Source of the DNA: a virus
Taxonomy: Duplodnaviria; Caudoviricetes
Reading direction: 5' to 3' (one strand)
Length of the DNA stretch: 52,608 bases
Virus record (IMG/VR): IMGVR_UViG_3300020182_000048
Coordinates: 1 to 52,608 of that record
How positions within the stretch are numbered: the stretch's first letter is position 1; each line of letters begins with the position of its first letter. The notes under the pieces were generated by a model, which had not been told where the DNA came from, ran no database searches, and saw only the letters and a program-made list of their open reading frames with translations. A program made the position numbers and the translations under genes. Of the stretch, positions 7,599 to 14,566 are shown in pieces.

Positions 7599-7630
7599 TA
7601 TTATCAAAAGGTAATCGTAATTAGTCTGCA
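7599..7630 (-). promoter_or_regulatory. Early promoter-like motif copy 6
   Basis: tattatc-aaaaggtaat-cgt-aatta-gtctgca. Confidence 0.75.
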
Positions 7631-7640
7631 ACCGTGACAA

Positions 7641-7690
7641 CCATTACCGTAGCCACTTACAAACACTTAATACCACTTACCCACTAAAAT
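7641..7690. repeat. Helically phased CACTTA repeats in a non-coding gap (origin candidate)
   Basis: CACTTA at 7654, 7664 and 7674 (10-bp period), plus CCATTAC at 7641 and CACTAA at 7682; AT-rich tract follows. Confidence 0.5.
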
Positions 7691-7707
7691 AATCCCATAT
7701 TTACTGT

Positions 7708-7736
7708 AGCTTTCACCCCAAAACAGGTAATTATAT
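7708..7736 (+). promoter_or_regulatory. Late-type promoter-like motif (13-bp spacer) facing into non-coding DNA
   Basis: AGCTTT-N13-GTAATTATAT. Confidence 0.45.
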
Positions 7737-7897
7737 TAATTTAATTAAATACTAGTTCTTTAAGTGTACTTTTATTACCATGAGTAAATTAGTACTCTAG
7801 TCTAATAGATAGTCTCTGACTACTCTACACTAGTATTACTTAACTAAAGCTTAGTTATCTAAGTTAGCTCAGTGGGGTCCATTTCTTCAACATCGAC

Positions 7898-8134
7898 CTA
7901 AAATTCTTTTAAGTAAAACCTTATTAACTCTGACATCGTGAACTTTTTCCTCCACTGTGTTGTCTGTTCTATATAGGTATCTTCACCGATCATTTCTACA
8001 TTACCGTCTTCGATCCAATTTATCACCATTCCTACATCGACCATATCCGTTATCTCTTCGTGAGTCAGGTGGTCATATTCCTGTATTAGATCGGTGTAAA
8101 TTTCTTCCCTTAATTCTTCAGTAGTTAGTGTCAT
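7898..8134 (-). CDS. Acidic hypothetical protein
   Basis: 78-aa ORF downstream of promoter 8160-8191. Confidence 0.7.
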   Translation of the reverse strand: MTLTTEELREEIYTDLIQEYDHLTHEEITDMVDVGMVINWIEDGNVEMIGEDTYIEQTTQWRKKFTMSELIRFYLKEF

Positions 8135-8159
8135 ATTAGTGTGTTTTTGTATTCACATA

Positions 8160-8191
8160 TATTATCTTTAGGTGAGCGTAATCTGTCTGCA
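8160..8191 (-). promoter_or_regulatory. Early promoter-like motif copy 7
   Basis: tattatc-tttaggtgag-cgt-aatct-gtctgca. Confidence 0.75.
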
Positions 8192-8211
8192 AGGTGACAC
8201 TGCTTCTACCG

Positions 8212-8278
8212 TGCTATACGCGTTGCTATACACCGCTATGACCGCCCGCTGAGGACGGAACATACCTATGCTATACAC
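8212..8278 (+). repeat. TGCTATACRC boxes (tandem pair plus one single)
   Basis: TGCTATACGC-GT-TGCTATACAC at 8212-8233; TGCTATACAC at 8269. Confidence 0.8.
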
Positions 8279-8301
8279 ACGCTGAGGTGTGGTTTTTTTA
8301 G

Positions 8302-8409
8302 TTAGTATTCGTTTTCATCTTCGTCGTCAAATACGGCGTGCTCTAGACACGATCCGCATAGTTCGTCGCTTAAATAGCTTGGCTCTGAGCCACAACAGTT
8401 ACTCCACAT
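8302..8409 (-). CDS. 35-aa zinc-ribbon-like peptide
   Basis: MWSNCCGSEPSYLSDELCGSCLEHAVFDDEDENEY; SNCCG...CxxCxEH. Confidence 0.65.
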   Translation of the reverse strand: MWSNCCGSEPSYLSDELCGSCLEHAVFDDEDENEY

Positions 8410-8411
8410 AA

Positions 8412-8552
8412 TTATTCTATTAAGTTATTATTAATTGCATACTCTAGATTATCTAGTGCTTTTTGTATATCGTCAGCGATCGGCTCACATCCGTGATAGC
8501 TTAGACTTCGTTGACATAGTTCTAACATTTCTTTCGTTTCAGTATAGTTCAT
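8412..8552 (-). CDS. Hypothetical 46-aa protein
   Basis: Hand-translated MNYTETKEMLELCQRSLSYHGCEPIADD...; first ORF after promoter 8577-8608. Confidence 0.6.
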   Translation of the reverse strand: MNYTETKEMLELCQRSLSYHGCEPIADDIQKALDNLEYAINNNLIE

Positions 8553-8576
8553 ATTATTTAGTTTTAGTTACATTAT

Positions 8577-8608
8577 TATTATCTATTAGTACTCGTAATT
8601 CGTCTGCA
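8577..8608 (-). promoter_or_regulatory. Early promoter-like motif copy 8
   Basis: tattatc-tattagtact-cgt-aattc-gtctgca. Confidence 0.75.
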
Positions 8609-8630
8609 TTTGGCCGAAGCCTAAGCCTGA

Positions 8631-8987
8631 CTAAGTCAGACTTGCTTCAGAATCCTGGAATTCTTTTGACGTCTCGTCAATTTCCAGTTCTTCGATCGTA
8701 GCCAAGTGCCTCACATTCGTCGGCAAGTTAGTGCTTTGAGACCAGTACTTTCGCTTAAGCCAGCAAGCTTGGAACTTCAGTTTCGGAAGCATTGCTTCGA
8801 GTATCACGTCGTGATTGTAAGTCACTCTTTGATTTTTGTTGTTCACAAAAGTTATTATTTGATTTCGATTCATCCAGCTTTCTCGGACTACGAAGTTCTT
8901 TCGCTCGATCGGCGGGAAGATTTTAGCTTTATCTTCGTTGGACATTGATTTCAGTGCATTCTGTAAAATTTCATTTGAATTTTGCAT
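8631..8987 (-). CDS. Hypothetical protein behind two tandem early promoters
   Basis: 118-aa ORF; hairpin AAGTCTGAC-TTA-GTCAGGCTT spans its stop codon. Confidence 0.75.
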   Translation of the reverse strand: MQNSNEILQNALKSMSNEDKAKIFPPIERKNFVVRESWMNRNQIITFVNNKNQRVTYNHDVILEAMLPKLKFQACWLKRKYWSQSTNLPTNVRHLATIEELEIDETSKEFQDSEASLT

Positions 8988-9033
8988 AGTTATTAGAATT
9001 TAATTATTAATTATTATTATTAGTATTCAATTA

Positions 9034-9065
9034 TATTATCGATTTATAGACGTGATTAGTCTGCA
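9034..9065 (-). promoter_or_regulatory. Early promoter-like motif copy 9
   Basis: tattatc-gatttataga-cgt-gatta-gtctgca. Confidence 0.75.
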
Positions 9066-9137
9066 ACTTTGTATTATTAAATAATTTCTTAATTTATTTT
9101 TATTTTATTATTTATATTAATTACTTACTTACAACTA

Positions 9138-9169
9138 TATTATCTAAAAGTGAACGTAGTTTGTCTGCA
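9138..9169 (-). promoter_or_regulatory. Early promoter-like motif copy 10
   Basis: tattatc-taaaagtgaa-cgt-agttt-gtctgca. Confidence 0.75.
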
Positions 9170-9208
9170 AAAATGGGGGGTGACAAAATGACATGACATA
9201 ACGTCGCA

Positions 9209-9230
9209 TGCTATACGCGTTGCTATACAC
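9209..9230 (+). repeat. Tandem TGCTATACRC box pair
   Basis: TGCTATACGC-GT-TGCTATACAC, identical to 8212-8233. Confidence 0.8.
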
Positions 9231-9231
9231 G

Positions 9232-9316
9232 CCTCCGGCGTTGCCGCTGTGACCCACAGCCACGTCAGCTGCTAGTTTCCTTATAGGGATCGGGGTCAGG
9301 CATTGGCGCCGCGAGG
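9232..9316 (-). ncRNA. GC-rich branched stem-loop (candidate ncRNA or 3' UTR structure)
   Basis: Nested pairings CCTC(G)CGGCG/CGCCGGAGG, TGCC/GGCA, TGACCC/GGGTCA, with two inner hairpins. Confidence 0.45.
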
Positions 9317-9324
9317 TCGTGATC

Positions 9325-9390
9325 TTAGTTCCTTAGTGCATACCCAGCTCCTCGAGCCAGGTCAGCAAGTATCCTCTTGAATGCTTTCAT
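9325..9390 (-). CDS. 21-aa micropeptide MKAFKRILADLARGAGYALRN
   Basis: ATGA overlap with the upstream stop; paralog of 4281-4346. Confidence 0.6.
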   Translation of the reverse strand: MKAFKRILADLARGAGYALRN

Positions 9391-9527
9391 TTTAGTATGG
9401 TATTTATAGTGTTCATAATCTGTACTGGGTTCAGTCCTGGGTAGTGGTCCTTCATCTGGCTTGCTACCTCGCCAGGCATTAGTAGCCCCATGGCGTAGGC
9501 TTGGATAATCTGTTCTGGTGTTCTCAT
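9387..9527 (-). CDS. Hypothetical 46-aa protein
   Basis: Hand-translated MRTPEQIIQAYAMGLLMPGEVASQ... Confidence 0.6.
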   Translation of the reverse strand: MRTPEQIIQAYAMGLLMPGEVASQMKDHYPGLNPVQIMNTINTILK

Positions 9528-9542
9528 CTGTTTGGTTTTAGA

Positions 9543-9713
9543 TTAGTATATGTTTGGATCTTTCTTAGCTCCCGCCAGATAGTTAGCCATCATCAGGCTG
9601 TCGATCTTGTGGCCGTCGATAGGTTGTATACCTTTCTTGTAGTCGGCTTCACTTCGGTTCTTCTGGTAGAACTTTATCAGTTCATTGATTGTGTTGTGAT
9701 CTTGTAAGGACAT
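9543..9713 (-). CDS. Hypothetical 56-aa protein
   Basis: Hand-translated MSLQDHNTINELIKFYQKNRSEADYKKG...; TAACTATG start. Confidence 0.6.
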   Translation of the reverse strand: MSLQDHNTINELIKFYQKNRSEADYKKGIQPIDGHKIDSLMMANYLAGAKKDPNIY

Positions 9714-9715
9714 AG

Positions 9716-9895
9716 TTATATGGATTTTAGTTTATACTTTATTATTTCTCGGTCGAGTATCTTAGTCACTGTTTCGATGTCACTGTTGTCTACGATCAGT
9801 CCGCCGTATGTTATATGGACTGGTCTGTTCAGTTTATTACTGTTTGTGATCTGGTTGATAGTCTTGTAGACTGTGTTGAATAGAATCTTTGTCAT
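9716..9895 (-). CDS. Hypothetical 59-aa protein
   Basis: Hand-translated MTKILFNTVYKTINQITNSNKLNRPVHITYGG...; first ORF after promoter 9924-9955. Confidence 0.65.
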   Translation of the reverse strand: MTKILFNTVYKTINQITNSNKLNRPVHITYGGLIVDNSDIETVTKILDREIIKYKLKSI

Positions 9896-9923
9896 AGTTA
9901 TTATATTTAGTTACTTACATTTA

Positions 9924-9955
9924 TATTATCTTAGAGTAGACGTGGTTTGTCTGCA
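9924..9955 (-). promoter_or_regulatory. Early promoter-like motif copy 11
   Basis: tattatc-ttagagtaga-cgt-ggttt-gtctgca. Confidence 0.75.
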
Positions 9956-9957
9956 AT

Positions 9958-9992
9958 GGATCCGCCTTGGCATCAAGGACCGGCTGAGGTTA
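9958..9992 (-). repeat. 35-bp conserved 3' element, copy 1
   Basis: TAACCTCAGCCGGTCCTTGATGCCAAGGCGGATCC; 31/35 identical to 10135-10169. Confidence 0.8.
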
Positions 9993-10064
9993 TCTCAGAC
10001 ATCGGTAGATAAGGTCTTTAATATCTTGGATTTTCATTTCTAAAGCGGGATCTAAATTTTTCAT
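9990..10064 (-). CDS. 24-aa micropeptide MKNLDPALEMKIQDIKDLIYRCLR
   Basis: Only ORF between promoter 10101-10132 and the 3' element. Confidence 0.5.
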   Translation of the reverse strand: MKNLDPALEMKIQDIKDLIYRCLR

Positions 10065-10100
10065 CTTATATTTATTTTAATTATTATTATCTTACAACTA

Positions 10101-10132
10101 TATTATCTATGGATCAACGTAAACCGTCTGCG
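10101..10132 (-). promoter_or_regulatory. Early promoter-like motif copy 12
   Basis: tattatc-tatggatcaa-cgt-aaacc-gtctgcg. Confidence 0.7.
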
Positions 10133-10134
10133 AA

Positions 10135-10169
10135 GGATCCGCCCTGGTGTCAAGGACAGGCTGAGGTTA
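10135..10169 (-). repeat. 35-bp conserved 3' element, copy 2
   Basis: TAACCTCAGCCTGTCCTTGACACCAGGGCGGATCC. Confidence 0.8.
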
Positions 10170-10238
10170 ATCATCCCAGTTACATCTTAGGAAGGTTGCT
10201 ATCAAAGCCATTGGTATTGCGATCAAGAATATTATCAT
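10167..10238 (-). CDS. 23-aa hydrophobic micropeptide MIIFLIAIPMALIATFLRCNWDD
   Basis: TAACTATG start after promoter 10277-10308; single TM-like segment. Confidence 0.55.
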   Translation of the reverse strand: MIIFLIAIPMALIATFLRCNWDD

Positions 10239-10276
10239 AGTTATTATTATTTATTATTATTATTATCTTACAACTA

Positions 10277-10308
10277 TATTATCTATAAGACAACGTGATC
10301 CGTCTGCA
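10277..10308 (-). promoter_or_regulatory. Early promoter-like motif copy 13 (outermost)
   Basis: tattatc-tataagacaa-cgt-gatcc-gtctgca. Confidence 0.75.
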
Positions 10309-10320
10309 AGCCGACCTCTA

Positions 10321-10342
10321 TGCTATACGCGTTGCTATACGC
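10321..10342 (+). repeat. Tandem TGCTATACRC box pair
   Basis: TGCTATACGC-GT-TGCTATACGC. Confidence 0.8.
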
Positions 10343-10552
10343 ACGCTGTGCGCAAGCACCTTAGCTAAGGCCTAGTTAGTAGTCCTAAACCCTGGGCGTA
10401 AAACCGCAGCTAAAGGTAAACCCTTAACCCCAATCCCTAAAACCCAAAGGGGGGTGGGTCAAATCAAATCCATTTCCGTAATCAAAATGGTTTTTCAATT
10501 TACTATATAGCCCTATACCCCTAATTATGTAATAAAGTTTTTTTTCGGGCGT

Positions 10553-10580
10553 AGCTTTTTAGAAAACTGGGTAATTATAT
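10553..10580 (+). promoter_or_regulatory. Late promoter-like motif
   Basis: AGCTTT-N12-GTAATTATAT upstream of the first plus-strand gene. Confidence 0.65.
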
Positions 10581-10606
10581 TAGTCATAGTGCTAAATTTT
10601 ATTTGA

Positions 10607-10891
10607 ATGGCTAGTAAACAAAAATTATCGCCTGCGGCGAGGAAGCGTAAAGCTGCCCGGGACCTAGCTTTTGCTAAGACGCCGGCACGTAGAGCTAAAA
10701 AAGCCCATGCGCAGAGGGAAAGACGCAAGGCGAAGAGGAAAGGTGTCAATGTTAAAGGTAAAGATTGGGATCACAAGGACGGAAGATGGGAAAGTGTTGC
10801 TAGAAACCGCGCAAATGATGGAAAAGGGACTAAAAGCGAGGGCAAAAAGAGGTACAAGGTACCAAAACGTAAAACAAAAAAGAAAAAATAG
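10607..10891 (+). CDS. Very basic protein with a minimal HNH-like motif
   Basis: GKDWDHKDG....SVARNRA; K/R-rich. Confidence 0.55.
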   Translation: MASKQKLSPAARKRKAARDLAFAKTPARRAKKAHAQRERRKAKRKGVNVKGKDWDHKDGRWESVARNRANDGKGTKSEGKKRYKVPKRKTKKKK

Positions 10892-10894
10892 AAT

Positions 10895-11593
10895 ATGTCT
10901 AGAATAATATCTTACCCGTATGATAATGATATCAAGGATGGAGACGCGTGGATAGGATCGGAGGCATCTACTGGGAAGACAAGGCAGTATACAGCTCAAG
11001 CGGTAGCAGATTACCTTAATGTAAACGGTAAGATATCTATTGGCACGGCAATGATCTATGAGTATGTATCAACGTCTTTAGCGGGTACAGGTACTATGGC
11101 TTTACAGGCCGGTGGAGGAGCTACGCCGTTCGCTAATGTGACGTCGTTGACGTTAAGTACTAATGACAGGAGTGGTTCTAATACAACTGCGTTTGTAAAC
11201 TACTTAGTTGGCTCTGACATACTTATAAATGAGCAAAAAAATTTATTGGCCTTCGGCCATTATACTGTCGAATCGTACACAGCGGTGTCTGCAGACTACT
11301 ATACTATAGAGGTATCATTTAACGGGGGACAGGGCAACTTGACTCCTACAGTAATTTATAACCTCGATAATTTTTTACTTGCATCGGATGCGGTGGGGGA
11401 TTTAAACTTTACATTTACGCAAAATACTGCGTCGGCCTCATGGGATATAGCACATAACCTTGGGAAATTCCCTTCGGTATCAGTAATAGACTCTGCAGGT
11501 ACCAACGTAATAGGCGAAGTGGATTACGGAGACAACAATAACTTAAGAATAAACTTTACCGCGGCTTTTGCTGGGGTCGCATACCTAAACTAA
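10895..11593 (+). CDS. Virion structural or fibre-associated protein
   Basis: Beta-rich; C-terminal W.I.HNLGKFPSVSVIDSAG...GEV.Y domain typical of fibre modules. Confidence 0.65.
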   Translation: MSRIISYPYDNDIKDGDAWIGSEASTGKTRQYTAQAVADYLNVNGKISIGTAMIYEYVSTSLAGTGTMALQAGGGATPFANVTSLTLSTNDRSGSNTTAFVNYLVGSDILINEQKNLLAFGHYTVESYTAVSADYYTIEVSFNGGQGNLTPTVIYNLDNFLLASDAVGDLNFTFTQNTASASWDIAHNLGKFPSVSVIDSAGTNVIGEVDYGDNNNLRINFTAAFAGVAYLN

Positions 11594-11615
11594 AACAAAT
11601 AAATAAACAAACAAC

Positions 11616-13793
11616 ATGGCAGTAAAATTTTTAAACAACATTGACTTAACCCAGAATGAGTTGCAGAATGCAGCTATTCAAAATTTAGGGTCGGCACCGA
11701 TTGCCCCTGTTTCAGGTCAAATATACTTTGACACAAACCTAGATAAGCTTAGGGTCTGGAGTGGAAGCGCCTGGCTAACTATGCCAGATGGTACTGGAGC
11801 AAACGATTTCTTAGATGGATTATCATTTAATACAGGCACGGGTGTTTTAACAGCTAGTGTATCAAATCAATCCGATGTAACAGTTGATCTAGATGGTAGA
11901 TACGCTTTAACGGCTTCTATACCAACTGTGGGCGATGGAACACTAACAGTGCAAGGAACAGGTGTTCTTGGAGGAACTGGAACTTTTACAGCGAATCAAG
12001 CGGGCAACACCACTATATCGGTAACACACGATAATGTATCTAGAACAGACACAACTTCTTCTTTAAGTAGTAATACATTTCCTGTAGTTGATTCTGTAAC
12101 ATCTAGTGCACAAGGGCATATTACTGCGGTTAACATAAAAACAGTAACTGTACCTGCGGGAACAGATACTACATACGAGTTATTTGGAGTAGGTTCTACG
12201 AACGGAACAGCCGGTGTACAACTTGACGGTTCTGACGGAACTCTTGACAATGTATTAATCGTTGGAGCAGGAACATCTTCTGTGACAAGATCGGGTAATA
12301 CATTAACGGTAACATCGAATGACCAATTTGACGGTACAGTAACCTCTGTAACAGCAGGAACTGGTATGACGCAAAGTGGTACTTCAACCGTTAACCCTAC
12401 CTTAAATGTAATAGGTGGTGATGGTATTACAGCTAACGCAAACGACATTCAAGTAGATAACACGGTTGTTAGAACAACAAACAATCAAACTATAGCGGGT
12501 ACTAAAACCTTTACTAGTAATGTAGTAATACCTGTTACTCCAACTATTAACGCTCATGCAGCTTCAAAGCAATATGTAGACCAATCAAATGTTGGTCAAT
12601 CAATATTCCAAGGAGGCTACAACGCAGCAACTAACACACCTGATTTAGATACTTCACCTTCTACTGCTATTAAAAATGGTTGGTTCTGGGCAGTAACAGA
12701 TACAGGTGATTTCTTTTCTGAAGAAGTCCAGCCTGGAGATTTAATATATGCTAACCAAGACAATCCTGGTGCAACATTTGCCAATTGGACAGTTGTTCAA
12801 TCTGGACAAGACATTGCAGGTCAAGGAGCTTCTGACGGAGCAACAACTAAAGGTATTGCAGGTTTCAACTCTGCTCACTTTAATGTAACCACTAACGGAT
12901 TTGTTTCATCTGATATATATGGTGGAGGTTCTTCATTAGGTATTGTGCCTTCTGGGGGTGCAGCTGGAACGTTCCTTAACGGAGCTGGAAACTGGGCTAC
13001 ACCTGCAGGTACTTACTCATTACCAGAAGCAACTGCTACAGTGCGAGGTGGTATTGAATTATTCAGTAACACGGACCAATCAGTAGCAGCTAACTCGATA
13101 AGCTCTACCGCAGGAAGAACGTATGGTAGTCAGTTAAACTCGGCTGGACAATTAGTAGTTAATGTTCCATGGGAAAACACTGAGTATAATGCGATGTCAG
13201 CTACCGTACTTGGTCTAGGTAAATTGTTTTCGAACACGACACAAACTGTCGCTGGTAACACAGTATCTGCTACAGCTTCTAGAACATACGGTGTTCAAAA
13301 GAATGCTAGTAATCAACTGGTGGTTAACGTGCCGTGGACAGATAGTGTACCTCAAGTAGATTCCGTTGACGCTAGCACTGATAACAACCTCTTAGGTATA
13401 AGAGTATCTCCAACTACTGGAAGCGTGGAAGTTGGTCTAGATATAAATAATCTTGCAGGTGTGCAATCTTTAGCTGATGCAGATACACTACCTATATATG
13501 ACGCAGGTACAAACAAGAAAGTTACAGTAGCGAATCTATCAACGGCTGTTCTAGAGAGAACATCGTTTACTAACACCAATCCTGCGGGCACATCTTATAC
13601 GATAACGGCAGCTACGCACGGTTTAGGCACGAATGGTAATAGAATTATGGTTGAGCTAATCGACGAAGCTACTGGAGCAACTGTTTACACGGATGTTAGC
13701 CGCAGCAAAACTACAGGGTTAATTACCTTTACTTTTGCAGCTTCACAGACAGCTGGAGCATACAGAGCCTTACTAACGAAGGTAAGCGCATAA
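11616..13793 (+). CDS. Tail or head fibre protein
   Basis: 725 aa, G/T/S-rich; AASKQYVD motif; duplicated LFSNT...RTYG.Q.N...QLVVNVPW repeat. Confidence 0.8.
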   Translation: MAVKFLNNIDLTQNELQNAAIQNLGSAPIAPVSGQIYFDTNLDKLRVWSGSAWLTMPDGTGANDFLDGLSFNTGTGVLTASVSNQSDVTVDLDGRYALTASIPTVGDGTLTVQGTGVLGGTGTFTANQAGNTTISVTHDNVSRTDTTSSLSSNTFPVVDSVTSSAQGHITAVNIKTVTVPAGTDTTYELFGVGSTNGTAGVQLDGSDGTLDNVLIVGAGTSSVTRSGNTLTVTSNDQFDGTVTSVTAGTGMTQSGTSTVNPTLNVIGGDGITANANDIQVDNTVVRTTNNQTIAGTKTFTSNVVIPVTPTINAHAASKQYVDQSNVGQSIFQGGYNAATNTPDLDTSPSTAIKNGWFWAVTDTGDFFSEEVQPGDLIYANQDNPGATFANWTVVQSGQDIAGQGASDGATTKGIAGFNSAHFNVTTNGFVSSDIYGGGSSLGIVPSGGAAGTFLNGAGNWATPAGTYSLPEATATVRGGIELFSNTDQSVAANSISSTAGRTYGSQLNSAGQLVVNVPWENTEYNAMSATVLGLGKLFSNTTQTVAGNTVSATASRTYGVQKNASNQLVVNVPWTDSVPQVDSVDASTDNNLLGIRVSPTTGSVEVGLDINNLAGVQSLADADTLPIYDAGTNKKVTVANLSTAVLERTSFTNTNPAGTSYTITAATHGLGTNGNRIMVELIDEATGATVYTDVSRSKTTGLITFTFAASQTAGAYRALLTKVSA

Positions 13794-13806
13794 TCTAATA
13801 CAAAAC

Positions 13807-14004
13807 ATGGCAATTAAATTTTTAAATGATATTGATGTTGAAGGTGGAGCTAGGGTCGCAGATGACCCTGGCGCTGCTTCAGCAAGCAAGGTAGGCACTC
13901 TGCGTTATAGAGTGGTTGCCACGAGAAGTTATGTTGACATGTGCATGCAAACAGGTGCATCAACTTACAGTTGGGTTAACATAGTGCAAAACTCTTGGGC
14001 ATAA
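13807..14004 (+). CDS. Small fibre-associated protein
   Basis: N-terminus MAIKFLNDID mirrors the fibre's MAVKFLNNID. Confidence 0.65.
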   Translation: MAIKFLNDIDVEGGARVADDPGAASASKVGTLRYRVVATRSYVDMCMQTGASTYSWVNIVQNSWA

Positions 14005-14005
14005 T

Positions 14006-14566
14006 ATGGGAAAAGAATATATAACAGACTCTATAGTAATATTAGAAAGCATTATTGACGGAGACGGGGAAACCGGTACTGGAGGGCAGTTATTAAGCTC
14101 TACAGGATCAGGTATTTTATGGGTGGATGACAATTCAGTTAAGCCATACACAAAAACAAAGTTAACTGCAAATACAGCTATTAACAACTCAGCCTTGTTG
14201 AGTGTATTTAGTGTTATCAACACAAGTCCAGTACAAAATTCTGGGTTTACTTTTACATCTAGTAGAGTTATACCTCCATCAGCTGGAGTGTACGCTGTGG
14301 ATGTAATGGCGTATTACACCTCTGCTACCGCTAGGGTTAGTGTAGGAATGCAGGTTGCTGTTAACAACACTTTTACAGGGGAAGAAGCAGCTATGGGTTA
14401 TATCAGAGCCTCTTCAGGACACAATCAATCTAGTTTAACTTGGTCTTCTATTGTAGAAGTACCAACAGGTGGATATATATCAATAGGGTTTGTAAGACTA
14501 GGGCAGGCAGGAACTTGTACGCTAGATGCGGCAAAGAGTGCAGTATCAGTTTATAAGATAAGCTAA
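14006..14566 (+). CDS. Short fibre or receptor-binding protein with C1q/TNF-like domain
   Basis: D.DG..GTGGQLLSSTGSG..W linker, then P.AGVY.V beta-sandwich pattern. Confidence 0.6.
   Translation: MGKEYITDSIVILESIIDGDGETGTGGQLLSSTGSGILWVDDNSVKPYTKTKLTANTAINNSALLSVFSVINTSPVQNSGFTFTSSRVIPPSAGVYAVDVMAYYTSATARVSVGMQVAVNNTFTGEEAAMGYIRASSGHNQSSLTWSSIVEVPTGGYISIGFVRLGQAGTCTLDAAKSAVSVYKIS

Noticed and set aside
8245-8262. CTGAGGA...GGAA as a hammerhead ribozyme core
   Set aside because: There is no stem II or GAAA, and no flanking stems.
944-10308. Repeated motifs as a CRISPR or mini-array
   Set aside because: The copies are gapped, irregularly spaced and separated by ORFs, and no cas genes are present; a promoter role fits better.
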